Shown: positions 20,589 through 28,745, numbered from the stretch's first letter. The stretch: DNA of 64,000 nucleotides from an uncultured Candidatus Saccharibacteria bacterium (GCA_964457775.1 CAYWEW010000007.1:6961-70960), one strand, 5' to 3'. The notes: generated by a model from the letters alone, not told the origin. Numbers and translations: made by a program.

Positions 20589-20629
20589 TTGCATTATATT
20601 TTATATAGTGTATAATGAACACTATATAA
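20589..20629 (+). promoter_or_regulatory. nadM promoter with NrtR operator 4
   Basis: TTGCAT-N16-TATAAT overlapped by TTATATAGTGT-N7-ACACTATATAA (perfect 11-bp arms, 20601-20629). Confidence 0.85.
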
Positions 20630-20639
20630 TTAATAAACT

Positions 20640-21554
20640 ATGAAAATAATCAAAAATATCAATCAATCAAAACAAAAGACCGTCGGAGTTGTAATCGGTA
20701 GATTTCAGCTTGCTAATTTGCACGAAGGTCACAAACACTTAATTGATACAGTTAAATCAAAGAATGATGAGATTTGTATTTTGCTTGGTTCATCAGGCGG
20801 GGCACCAACTAAGAGGAATCCACTTCCTTTTTCCATAAGAAAAGAAATGATTCAGGATTTATATAAAGATGCTAAGGTTTTTGAAATAGTTGATTCCAAA
20901 AATAAGTGGTCAGAGAATGTCGATAAAATTCTGAAGAAGAATTTTAAGAATAAAAATATTCGATTATACGGATCTAGAGATTCATTTTCCAAGTGGTACT
21001 TCGGAGAATTTCCTTTTGTCTATGTAAAAGAGATGCACGATATATCTGGAACAGAAATTAGAAATAGTAATATTTTACCAAAAGAAAAAGAAAGTTTTCG
21101 TCTCGGTATGATTGAAAGTCACAAGGTTAGATATCCTATTTCTTATCAAACAGCTGATATTGTTTTATTTGATGAAAAGAAAAGCAAAATTGTTTTAGGC
21201 CAAAAGGAGGATGTAAAAACTTGGTTCTTTCCTGGGGGCTTCGTTGATCCAAGTGATCTTTCTTTAGAAGATTCTGCAAAAAGAGAGTTAAGTGAAGAAG
21301 TGGTAAATATTGAAACAAAAGACGATGTTAAATATTTGGGCTCAATTAGAGTGAACGACCACAGATATAGAAATGAGGAAGACAAGATTATGACAAGTCT
21401 TTTTCTTATTAAATATAAAAGCGGAAAGATAAAAGCAGGAGATGATTTAAAAAGAGTAAAATGGTTTTCTTTAAAAGAGGCCAAGGAAGTCATTTCTGAC
21501 ACTCATACACCATTATTAAATATGTTATTAGAAAAGTACAGTAATGTATTATAA
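20640..21554 (+). CDS. nadM: Bifunctional NMN/NaMN adenylyltransferase - Nudix (ADP-ribose) hydrolase
   Basis: IGRFQ...HEGH, RNPL, ISGTEIR, Nudix box GGFVDPSDLSLEDSAKRELSEEV, AGDD. Confidence 0.88.
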   Translation: MKIIKNINQSKQKTVGVVIGRFQLANLHEGHKHLIDTVKSKNDEICILLGSSGGAPTKRNPLPFSIRKEMIQDLYKDAKVFEIVDSKNKWSENVDKILKKNFKNKNIRLYGSRDSFSKWYFGEFPFVYVKEMHDISGTEIRNSNILPKEKESFRLGMIESHKVRYPISYQTADIVLFDEKKSKIVLGQKEDVKTWFFPGGFVDPSDLSLEDSAKRELSEEVVNIETKDDVKYLGSIRVNDHRYRNEEDKIMTSLFLIKYKSGKIKAGDDLKRVKWFSLKEAKEVISDTHTPLLNMLLEKYSNVL

Positions 21555-21561
21555 TATAGCA

Positions 21562-22266
21562 ATGAAAAAGTTTTATATTATTGGGATTAATAACGAGGAA
21601 ATAAAAGATGAGTTTATTGGTCTTGGCTTTGTTTTGGATAAAGATAATCCCGATTTTGTGATTAGTTTTGGTGGGGATGGTACTTTACTTAAAAGTGAAT
21701 TTGAATATCCAGGTATACCAAAATTATTTTTGAAAAATACTAATGTTGGTAAATTGGCTCAAAATAAAAAGAATCAAGAAATAATTGATGGTTTTGTTAA
21801 TGGCCATTTTTTTATAAAAGAATATAAAAAATTAAAGATTACATTAAATCACGATAAATTTTTAATTGCATGTAATGAAATTAATATACATAATGCCAAT
21901 CCTCGCTCTGCAATAAGATTTAAAATTAAAGTTGATGATGATTATCTTCATCATGAGCTTATCGGAGACGGGGCGATTATTGCAAATGCTCTTGGTTCAA
22001 CTGGTTATTATAAATCGATTACCGACAGTTATTTTGAAGTTGGTATTGGTGTGGCATTTAATAATTCAACAGAAGCTGCTGACCACGTAGTGTTAGATGC
22101 GAAGAGAAAGATAAAGATTGAAATTACTCGTGGACCAGCAGAAGTGTTTGCAGATAATCAAGAAGAGTTTTTGAATGCAAAAGAAGGGGATGTTTTAGAA
22201 ATTGGAGAGATGGAAGAAACAGTAAAGCTTATCAGAATTCATGATGAAATTTTGGAGCAGGAATAG
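21562..22266 (+). CDS. nadK: NAD kinase
   Basis: GGDGT, NE, GDG..IA.ALGSTGY motifs. Confidence 0.88.
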   Translation: MKKFYIIGINNEEIKDEFIGLGFVLDKDNPDFVISFGGDGTLLKSEFEYPGIPKLFLKNTNVGKLAQNKKNQEIIDGFVNGHFFIKEYKKLKITLNHDKFLIACNEINIHNANPRSAIRFKIKVDDDYLHHELIGDGAIIANALGSTGYYKSITDSYFEVGIGVAFNNSTEAADHVVLDAKRKIKIEITRGPAEVFADNQEEFLNAKEGDVLEIGEMEETVKLIRIHDEILEQE

Positions 22267-22284
22267 GTTGTAAAAAGCCTGGTA

Positions 22285-22318
22285 ATAATTTGACACATGT
22301 CAAATTATGTTCTATAAT
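22285..22318 (+). promoter_or_regulatory. sigma70 promoter with perfect palindrome over -35
   Basis: ATAATTTGAC-acat-GTCAAATTAT; TTGACA-N17-TATAAT. Confidence 0.65.
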
Positions 22319-22392
22319 ATAAAAAGTAAAGTTGTAAAGAGTTAAATTATTCTTTATTTTGATTTAATGATTCTAATCAAGAGGAGAGACAT

Positions 22393-23133
22393 ATGTCTTT
22401 TTCTGCTAAAGAAGATTCAGAAGAAAATGATACCCCTTGGCCAGTTAGTGCGGTCGGAGCTTTCTTCTTCATTGGTGGCCTAGTTTACTTTTTTCCACAC
22501 CTCATTAAGCCATTTGGTTTCTTTGAGTTTTGGACAATAAAAGGCAATTTCTGGAATGCGGTCAAAGAAGCGTGGCCGTGGTATGCCTGGGGTTTTGGTG
22601 CCACGTTTATGTTTTTACTTTTTCGCAACGACAATATATCCACGCATAATAGCCCAATGGACAAGTTCATCAGTGGTGTATTAATTAGTGTTTGGGCTGG
22701 AGTTGCAGAAGAGATGGCATTTCGATGGTTATTTTTCTTTTCTGCCATTGTAATATTACCAGTATCAAACTGGATCTTTGGTGGCTGGTTTGGTCTCGAA
22801 CTGATTCGGTGGCTATACGAAGATGCTCTCTGTCCAATTGCAAACTTTTTCACTTTTGGATACCTTGAGCCTTATCTCATTAATGGATATGGTTGGGTAA
22901 TTGGTGCAGCTGTTATTAGTTCAAATGGTCGTTTCCGTAACGGTCATGCATACCAGGGAACACTAGGGTTAGTTAACTCTTGGTTTTTTGGAATGTACAT
23001 GCACTGGATGGTGTTCAAGTATGGCATTTTGCCGGCTATCTTTGTTCATTTTTTGTATGACTTTATTATCTTCACTATGGAAGCGATTAGTTCCATTTTT
23101 GATAAAAGTCGTTTTCAATCTCGTGCCCGGTAG
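22393..23133 (+). CDS. CPBP (CAAX/Abi) family intramembrane metalloprotease
   Basis: Multiple TM helices; EEMAFR (EExxxR), FRNGH (FxxxH), HFLYD (HxxxN/D). Confidence 0.8.
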   Translation: MSFSAKEDSEENDTPWPVSAVGAFFFIGGLVYFFPHLIKPFGFFEFWTIKGNFWNAVKEAWPWYAWGFGATFMFLLFRNDNISTHNSPMDKFISGVLISVWAGVAEEMAFRWLFFFSAIVILPVSNWIFGGWFGLELIRWLYEDALCPIANFFTFGYLEPYLINGYGWVIGAAVISSNGRFRNGHAYQGTLGLVNSWFFGMYMHWMVFKYGILPAIFVHFLYDFIIFTMEAISSIFDKSRFQSRAR

Positions 23134-23146
23134 TAGAAATTCATTG

Positions 23147-23193
23147 GCTATTGAGTCTGACACATTACAAGTGTCGCACTCAATAGCCTTTTT
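23147..23193 (+). terminator. Intrinsic terminator after the CPBP gene
   Basis: GGCTATTGAGT..GACAC-loop-GTGTC..ACTCAATAGCC-TTTTT. Confidence 0.7.
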
Positions 23194-23304
23194 ATTTTTC
23201 TGTAAAATTATATTACTTGATGATTGTAAAAATACAATCTATTTTCCAAATACCAATATTGTGATTGTCGCGGAGAAATAAATAGCCTTTTGAGGTACAT
23301 TGAA

Positions 23305-23333
23305 TTGATTTTAAAATGATTAATTGCTAGTAT
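23305..23333 (+). promoter_or_regulatory. Putative flhDC promoter
   Basis: TTGATT-N17-TAGTAT with extended -10 TG. Confidence 0.5.
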
Positions 23334-23405
23334 TCGAATCGGAAACAACTTCGTTCTTTTTAGTAACATAGACAGAAATAGACATTTAAAACCAGGGAGA
23401 AAATC

Positions 23406-23714
23406 GTGGAAAATCCAAAAGATGTGGTTAGGAAGCTTAATTTGTACATACTTCAAGTCATTTCTCAGTTGGCAAGAAATGATATTGCTGACACCATACT
23501 TCGATTCGATATTTCAAGAGAAGTTGCTGAATCTTTGGCAAAATTGAATACTGCCGAACTTGACGATCTGTCAATGTCACCAGTTTTTATGTTCGACATT
23601 AATCAAAAAAGTATTTTGGATGCTTTGAAAGACAGAGAACAAGGACATGGTTATAGAAGTTTACATAATTCTATAGTTGGTGTTTGTGCATTGATTAATG
23701 ATGAGGATAAATGA
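23406..23714 (+). CDS. flhD: FlhD-like flagellar transcriptional activator subunit
   Basis: LNLYIL...LARND.ADTILRFDISREVAESLAKL...L..L resembles the FlhD N-terminal pattern; ~100 aa; GGGAG SD + GTG; ATGA overlap with flhC. Confidence 0.8.
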   Translation: MENPKDVVRKLNLYILQVISQLARNDIADTILRFDISREVAESLAKLNTAELDDLSMSPVFMFDINQKSILDALKDREQGHGYRSLHNSIVGVCALINDEDK

Positions 23715-24271
23715 TGAGAAAAACTACCCCTTATCAACAAATGATTGACACATCGTTAGCGGTAAGACTGATTCAGCTTGGAGCCAGGTTAATAGTTCTT
23801 TCAAATGAGCTGAATGTTTCCAAAGAAAAGTTGCTTGCGCTATACAAAGAAGTTAGCGGTGGAGATTCATCACCAAAAGGAATGTTACCATCTTCCGTTG
23901 ATTGGTTTGTGACATGGCAACCATGCGCACACTCTTCTTTGTTCATGGCGTACTACAAATTTTTTGAATCAACAACGACATTGTCTAAAGTAGAGTTATT
24001 GATAAAATCTTATGAAATGTATCTTGAGGAAGTTTCTCGACATAGGAATTATGATGAGGAACAACCAGTTTTATCTATAACTAGAGCGTGGATGATGTTG
24101 AGGATGATAAATGTAAATCACCCATTGCTTGTACTAACAAGATGCAAAAATTGCATTGGAAATTTTGTCACCAGAAGTAATGAGGGTGATAAGTTTTACG
24201 AAAACTATGTTTGTGGTTTCTGTAACAAACCAATAAGAGCAGGGAAAACTGAAAAATATTCCTTTGTTTGA
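23711..24271 (+). CDS. flhC: FlhC flagellar transcriptional activator subunit
   Basis: LIQLGARL, LYKEV.G..SPKGMLP.SVDWFVTWQP..HSSLF, LSITRAW, Zn ligands CKNC...CGFC, RAGKT. Confidence 0.92.
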   Translation: MMRKTTPYQQMIDTSLAVRLIQLGARLIVLSNELNVSKEKLLALYKEVSGGDSSPKGMLPSSVDWFVTWQPCAHSSLFMAYYKFFESTTTLSKVELLIKSYEMYLEEVSRHRNYDEEQPVLSITRAWMMLRMINVNHPLLVLTRCKNCIGNFVTRSNEGDKFYENYVCGFCNKPIRAGKTEKYSFV

Positions 24272-24280
24272 TTTTGGAAC

Positions 24281-24310
24281 AGAGGACATAAGAAATTATG
24301 CCCTCTTTTT
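24281..24310 (+). terminator. Terminator after flhC
   Basis: AGAGG-a-CATAA-gaaa-TTATG-c-CCTCT-TTTT. Confidence 0.6.
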
Positions 24311-24313
24311 GTT

Positions 24314-25138
24314 TTATATTTTTTTCTTCAATTCCAGAATATTTTTAAAAAGATGTGCAACTGTAAGTGGTCCAACACCACCAGGGACAGGAGTAATTAT
24401 ACTTGCAATTTCTTCGCACGACGGGTGAAAGTCTCCAGCGAGCACACCAGCTTGTTCGCTTGTGCCAGCGTCAATGAGTATTACTCCGCCTTTGAAAAAT
24501 TCTTTTTTAAGATGATGAGGTTTACCAATTCCTGAAATAACAATATCTGCTTCTTTGTATAATTTCATTTTAGTCTCTTCTTCAGTATTTATATCTATAA
24601 TATTTGGATATGCCCCTTGATGCCTGAACCAGGCTGTAACAGGTAGACCAACAAGTATTCCTTGGCCAACAATAACTACTTTTTTATGTGTAATGTGAGT
24701 GTCGGTATCTTTTAAAATATGAGCAACAGCTAAAGCAACAGGAGGGGCAGGATTGTTATTTTTAATAAATGACACCCAAGCATCTTTTCCTAAAACATCA
24801 GCATCTAATTCTTTTGATATAGTATCAAGTACTCGTTTAGTGTTATATGAAGAAGGTAGTGGTAATTGAACAATAAGAGAGGTACATTCCTTTTTATTTA
24901 TTATATTTTGTATTTCACAAATTAAATTTTCTTCACCGATAGATTCTGGAAAATTGTATTCACTTATTGAGACATCAACAGCTTCAGCAAACTTTCTTTT
25001 AATTTTAATAAATGAAGCAATGCTTGGATGTGTTGAAACAGAAACAATGGCAAGTATTGGCTTATCTTTTAAATTATAAACTTCTAATTTTAGTTGTTCT
25101 TGTAGGAGGAGTGAAGCTTTTTTGCCATCGTATATCAT
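24314..25138 (-). CDS. folD: Methylenetetrahydrofolate dehydrogenase/cyclohydrolase
   Basis: IVQLPLP, DAD, GQGILVGLP, IDAG, TPVPGGVGPLTV. Confidence 0.92.
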   Translation of the reverse strand: MIYDGKKASLLLQEQLKLEVYNLKDKPILAIVSVSTHPSIASFIKIKRKFAEAVDVSISEYNFPESIGEENLICEIQNIINKKECTSLIVQLPLPSSYNTKRVLDTISKELDADVLGKDAWVSFIKNNNPAPPVALAVAHILKDTDTHITHKKVVIVGQGILVGLPVTAWFRHQGAYPNIIDINTEEETKMKLYKEADIVISGIGKPHHLKKEFFKGGVILIDAGTSEQAGVLAGDFHPSCEEIASIITPVPGGVGPLTVAHLFKNILELKKKI

Positions 25139-25194
25139 AGTGATTAGTATTGTATCAAAAATATTGTATACGTGTTGTGTGCTATGATAAGTAT

Positions 25195-25896
25195 ATGAAA
25201 AAAATATTACTCAGTATTGTATGGTTATTGGTTATTATCAGTACTTTTTATCTTGTTAACTACTTTTCAAAAAAGAATATTGTTACAGAAAAGACAAATG
25301 AAAATATTATAAACTCGGTAACTTTTGTGTGTGAGGGAAACAAAACCATTCAAGCAGTATTTTTTGAAGATAAAGTTGAACTTAATTTAAGTGATAAAAG
25401 AAATATTTTGCTAATGCAAGCGATATCAGCATCTGGTGCTCGTTATACAAATAGTGATGAATCATTTGTATTTTGGAATAAAGGAAATACAGCTTTTGTG
25501 GATGAGGGGGGTATAGTTACTTTTAAGGATTGTGTAGAAAAAAGTAAAGATGAAGAAAATAAACCCGTAGCACAAATGGGTAACCACGCATCTATTAATT
25601 GTCAGAAGGTTGGTGGTAATTTAGTAATACAAAAACGAGGCGACGGTGGTGAATATGGGCTATGTTATTTTGAAGAAAACAGAGCTTGTGAAGAATGGGC
25701 GCTTATGCGAGGTGAGTGTCCTTATGGTGGAAGAAAAACAACTGGGTATGACACAATAGATCAAAATTATTGTGCATGGTTAGGTGGAGAAACATTTGCT
25801 GTAAAAGATTCTGTATGTACATTCAAGAATGGCTCAAAATGTAAAACAATAGATTTGTATAATGGTAAATGTTCACCATCAAATACGACTCAATAA
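25195..25896 (+). CDS. Surface protein with MliC/PliC lysozyme-inhibitor domain and DUF333 domain
   Basis: N-terminal TM; F.CEG..., SASGARY, FWNKGN (MliC); NHASINC...GG...G.C......CEEW (DUF333). Confidence 0.8.
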   Translation: MKKILLSIVWLLVIISTFYLVNYFSKKNIVTEKTNENIINSVTFVCEGNKTIQAVFFEDKVELNLSDKRNILLMQAISASGARYTNSDESFVFWNKGNTAFVDEGGIVTFKDCVEKSKDEENKPVAQMGNHASINCQKVGGNLVIQKRGDGGEYGLCYFEENRACEEWALMRGECPYGGRKTTGYDTIDQNYCAWLGGETFAVKDSVCTFKNGSKCKTIDLYNGKCSPSNTTQ

Positions 25897-26003
25897 AAGT
25901 TTGCTTTCCTTGAGTTGTTTTGTTAGTCTTGTTTCCAGATGTGGATTTAGGCCAAACTACACGGCATTGTTGTGTGGAACTTGTTCCTTGAAAGGGGATT
26001 TTG

Positions 26004-26672
26004 ATGTTCAGAGATGAAGATGGTTGGATGGATGTATATCGAGAAAAGGATGCATTCTGGCTACATAATGGAAATCCGAAATTTCCACATGCGATTCTTA
26101 CTTCAGGGAAACATTCGAATGGCTTTTTTAACAGCCGTTTGGTGATTCCTTATGATGAATTGATGGGAGAAGCAGCTTCTGATCTTGTTGAAAAAATGAA
26201 AATACAGATTGAGCCAATGTTAACAATTGACATGGTTGTTGGTCCTCAAACAGGAGCAACAAAATTGTCCAGGTTGATTTGTGGTGAGGTTGCCAAATAC
26301 ACAAGAAGTCATTGTTTTTGGTCTTCGCCTGCAAAGGGTGAAATCGACGGCAGAAAAGCTATGATTTTTGAGTCCGAGGAAAAGGAGTTATTTTCGGGTC
26401 GTTCAGTGTTGCTCTGTGAGGACGTACTTTCAACTGGTGGTAGTATTGATTTGACGGTTGAGGCAGTTCTGAATGCTGAGTGCATTGTCCTCCCATGTGT
26501 CCTTGTCCTTGTGAATCGTTCCGGACTTAAGGAATTGAATGGAAAAAAGATTGTCGCTCTCATTGATCGAGAAATGACGATGTGGGAACCCGATGATTGT
26601 CCGCTTTGCAAACAAGGTTCCAGTGCGGTTCGTGCGAAGGACAACTGGGCTCTGCTCACGGCCCCATATTGA
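26004..26672 (+). CDS. pyrE: Orotate phosphoribosyltransferase-like PRTase
   Basis: HAILTSGKHS, VLLCEDVLSTGGS PRPP motif, C-terminal W.PDDCPLC; adjacent to pyrF. Confidence 0.8.
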   Translation: MFRDEDGWMDVYREKDAFWLHNGNPKFPHAILTSGKHSNGFFNSRLVIPYDELMGEAASDLVEKMKIQIEPMLTIDMVVGPQTGATKLSRLICGEVAKYTRSHCFWSSPAKGEIDGRKAMIFESEEKELFSGRSVLLCEDVLSTGGSIDLTVEAVLNAECIVLPCVLVLVNRSGLKELNGKKIVALIDREMTMWEPDDCPLCKQGSSAVRAKDNWALLTAPY

Positions 26673-26701
26673 AGTGTTTATCAACAGAAAAGGAGTTTAT
26701 T

Positions 26702-27469
26702 ATGAAATCAAAAATCATTGTTGCATTTGATGTCCCAAATTTCCAGTCAGCAATCACTCTAGCCCATCAAATTGATCCAAAACAATGCAGAGCAAAAATT
26801 GGCATGGAACTTTTCACTGCCTGTGGACCTTCAGTAGTTGAGGCTTTAATGAAATTGGGATTTGAAATTTTTCTTGATTTGAAATTCAAGGACATTCCTA
26901 ATACTGTAAAAGGAGCGATTCGCTCTGCTTGTGGTATGGGTGTATGGATGACAAATGTCCACTGTGATGGTGGTCGCAAGATGTTGGATGCTGCCAAGGA
27001 AGCGGTTAGTAATGTTTCTAATCCACCCATACTCATTGGTGTTACTGTTCTCACCAGTATGGAGATTGTTGATCTTGAAGAGATTGGCGTACTTAATCAT
27101 GACATGATTCCACCGATGGATTATTTCGTCAACGAAGAAGCAAAAAAGAACTATGACAGTTCTTCAAAAACTCTTGGTCAAGTATTACGTCTGTCAGAAT
27201 TAGCACAAAAGGCAGGTCTAGACGGTGTTGTTTGCTCCGGTAAGGAAGTTTTAAGCTTAAGAAAAGAGAGAGGGGACAGCTTCCTTCTTGTGGTTCCCGG
27301 CATTCGTCTTACTGATGGAAAGAGTAATGACCAAGCACGCATTGTGACACCTGAAATTGCAATACAATCCGGAGCAGATTATCTTGTTGTTGGAAGACCA
27401 ATTACCGACGCCGTATATCCAAATGTTGCACTTGGTGATTTCAATAATCGAGTAGCTTCTGTTTCTTGA
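26702..27469 (+). CDS. pyrF: Orotidine-5'-phosphate decarboxylase
   Basis: IIVAFD, KIGMELF, FLDLKFKDIPNT, VTVLTS, DGVVCS, PGIR, DQ.R, VVGRPI; AAGGAG SD. Confidence 0.95.
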   Translation: MKSKIIVAFDVPNFQSAITLAHQIDPKQCRAKIGMELFTACGPSVVEALMKLGFEIFLDLKFKDIPNTVKGAIRSACGMGVWMTNVHCDGGRKMLDAAKEAVSNVSNPPILIGVTVLTSMEIVDLEEIGVLNHDMIPPMDYFVNEEAKKNYDSSSKTLGQVLRLSELAQKAGLDGVVCSGKEVLSLRKERGDSFLLVVPGIRLTDGKSNDQARIVTPEIAIQSGADYLVVGRPITDAVYPNVALGDFNNRVASVS

Positions 27470-27494
27470 AAAATATATAATATTGTTATCGTTT

Positions 27495-27525
27495 AAACCG
27501 CAACCAGTAATGGTTGCGGTTTTTT
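27495..27525 (+). terminator. Intrinsic terminator after pyrF
   Basis: AAACCGCAACCA-gtaa-TGGTTGCGGTTT plus T-run. Confidence 0.8.
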
Positions 27526-27558
27526 CTTTTATAACCAATTGTATATACTGATTCAATT

Positions 27559-28158
27559 ATGAAATATGTTATCGGAATTGATGAAGTTGGGCGTGGACCA
27601 ATTGCTGGACCGGTTGTTGTGGTTGCATGTGCTGTAATGGAAGGTGTTAACCTAATACACTTATTTCCAAAAAATGAATTGCGTGATAGTAAAAAGTTGT
27701 CAGAAAAAAATAGAGAAAAAATTAGAAATGAATTGGATTATTTAAATAATGAGAAAAAAGTATTGTGGGGAATAGGAGAAGTAAGTGCAAAGCGTATTGA
27801 TGAAATAGGAATATCACCATCAATAAAAGAGGCGATGAATCAGGCTCTTACTCAATTAGAAGAAAAAGGAATTTCTTCGGAAACAAAAATTGTTCTTGAT
27901 GGTTCACTTTACGCACCTGAAAGATATGTGAATCAAGAAACACATATTAAAGGTGATGAGAAGTTTGTGGAAATATCTTTCGCCTCAATTATTGCAAAAG
28001 TGTATCGAGATAATTTGATGAAAGAAGTTGCAAAAGAATTTTCAGATTATGGATTTGAGAATCATGTAGGATATGGAACAAAAGTGCATTATGAAGCAAT
28101 TGCGAAAAACGGTATGACAATACATCACAGAAGAAGTTTTCTCAGAAAATTACTATAG
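27559..28158 (+). CDS. rnhB: Ribonuclease HII
   Basis: GIDEVGRGPIAGP, DSKKL, DG, KGD, ASIIAKVYRD, GYGT. Confidence 0.95.
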   Translation: MKYVIGIDEVGRGPIAGPVVVVACAVMEGVNLIHLFPKNELRDSKKLSEKNREKIRNELDYLNNEKKVLWGIGEVSAKRIDEIGISPSIKEAMNQALTQLEEKGISSETKIVLDGSLYAPERYVNQETHIKGDEKFVEISFASIIAKVYRDNLMKEVAKEFSDYGFENHVGYGTKVHYEAIAKNGMTIHHRRSFLRKLL

Positions 28159-28205
28159 TTTTCTATGGTGTGCTAATAGTTTTGTAAGGTGTATACTTCT
28201 TACAT

Positions 28206-28745
28206 ATGACAAAGACACTTATTCTCGCAGGAGGATGTTTCTGGTGTTTAGAGCATGATATGCGTCAGGCTCACGGGGGTATCTCCGTTGTTTCTGGTTA
28301 TTCTGGTGGGGACACATTTACACCAACTTATGAAGATCACACTGGTCACAGAGAAGTTATTTTGGTTGAGTATGATTCCTCTTTTACAACCTATAAAAAG
28401 TTATTACAGTATTTTATAGACCATATTGATCCAACAGACGGCGAAGGACAATTTACAGACATAGGAGAGAGTTACAGACCAGCAATCTTTTGTGAAAATG
28501 AAGAAGAAAGGGATGTTGCAAAAAATGTGATTGATGAATTAAATAAAAGCGGAGTATATAAAGTTCCTTCAGCCGTAGAAATACTTTTACGTAAACCATT
28601 TTATAAAGCAGAAGAATATCATCAGAATTATGCAGAAAAGAACTCTACTCAGTATGGATTATATCGTCTAGCAAGTGGACGTGAGGACTTCATTCAAAAC
28701 ACCTGCGAGATAAGAGAAGAAAAAAATATAGTTTGGAGCAAATAA
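28206..28745 (+). CDS. msrA: Peptide methionine sulfoxide reductase A
   Basis: AGGCFW, SGYSGG, GQF.D.G.SYR, AEEYHQ.Y. Confidence 0.93.
   Translation: MTKTLILAGGCFWCLEHDMRQAHGGISVVSGYSGGDTFTPTYEDHTGHREVILVEYDSSFTTYKKLLQYFIDHIDPTDGEGQFTDIGESYRPAIFCENEEERDVAKNVIDELNKSGVYKVPSAVEILLRKPFYKAEEYHQNYAEKNSTQYGLYRLASGREDFIQNTCEIREEKNIVWSK

Noticed and set aside
5535-27525. Single integrative element at tRNA-Tyr
   Set aside because: No integrase, transposase or distal att repeat seen; composition is mosaic and folD lies inside
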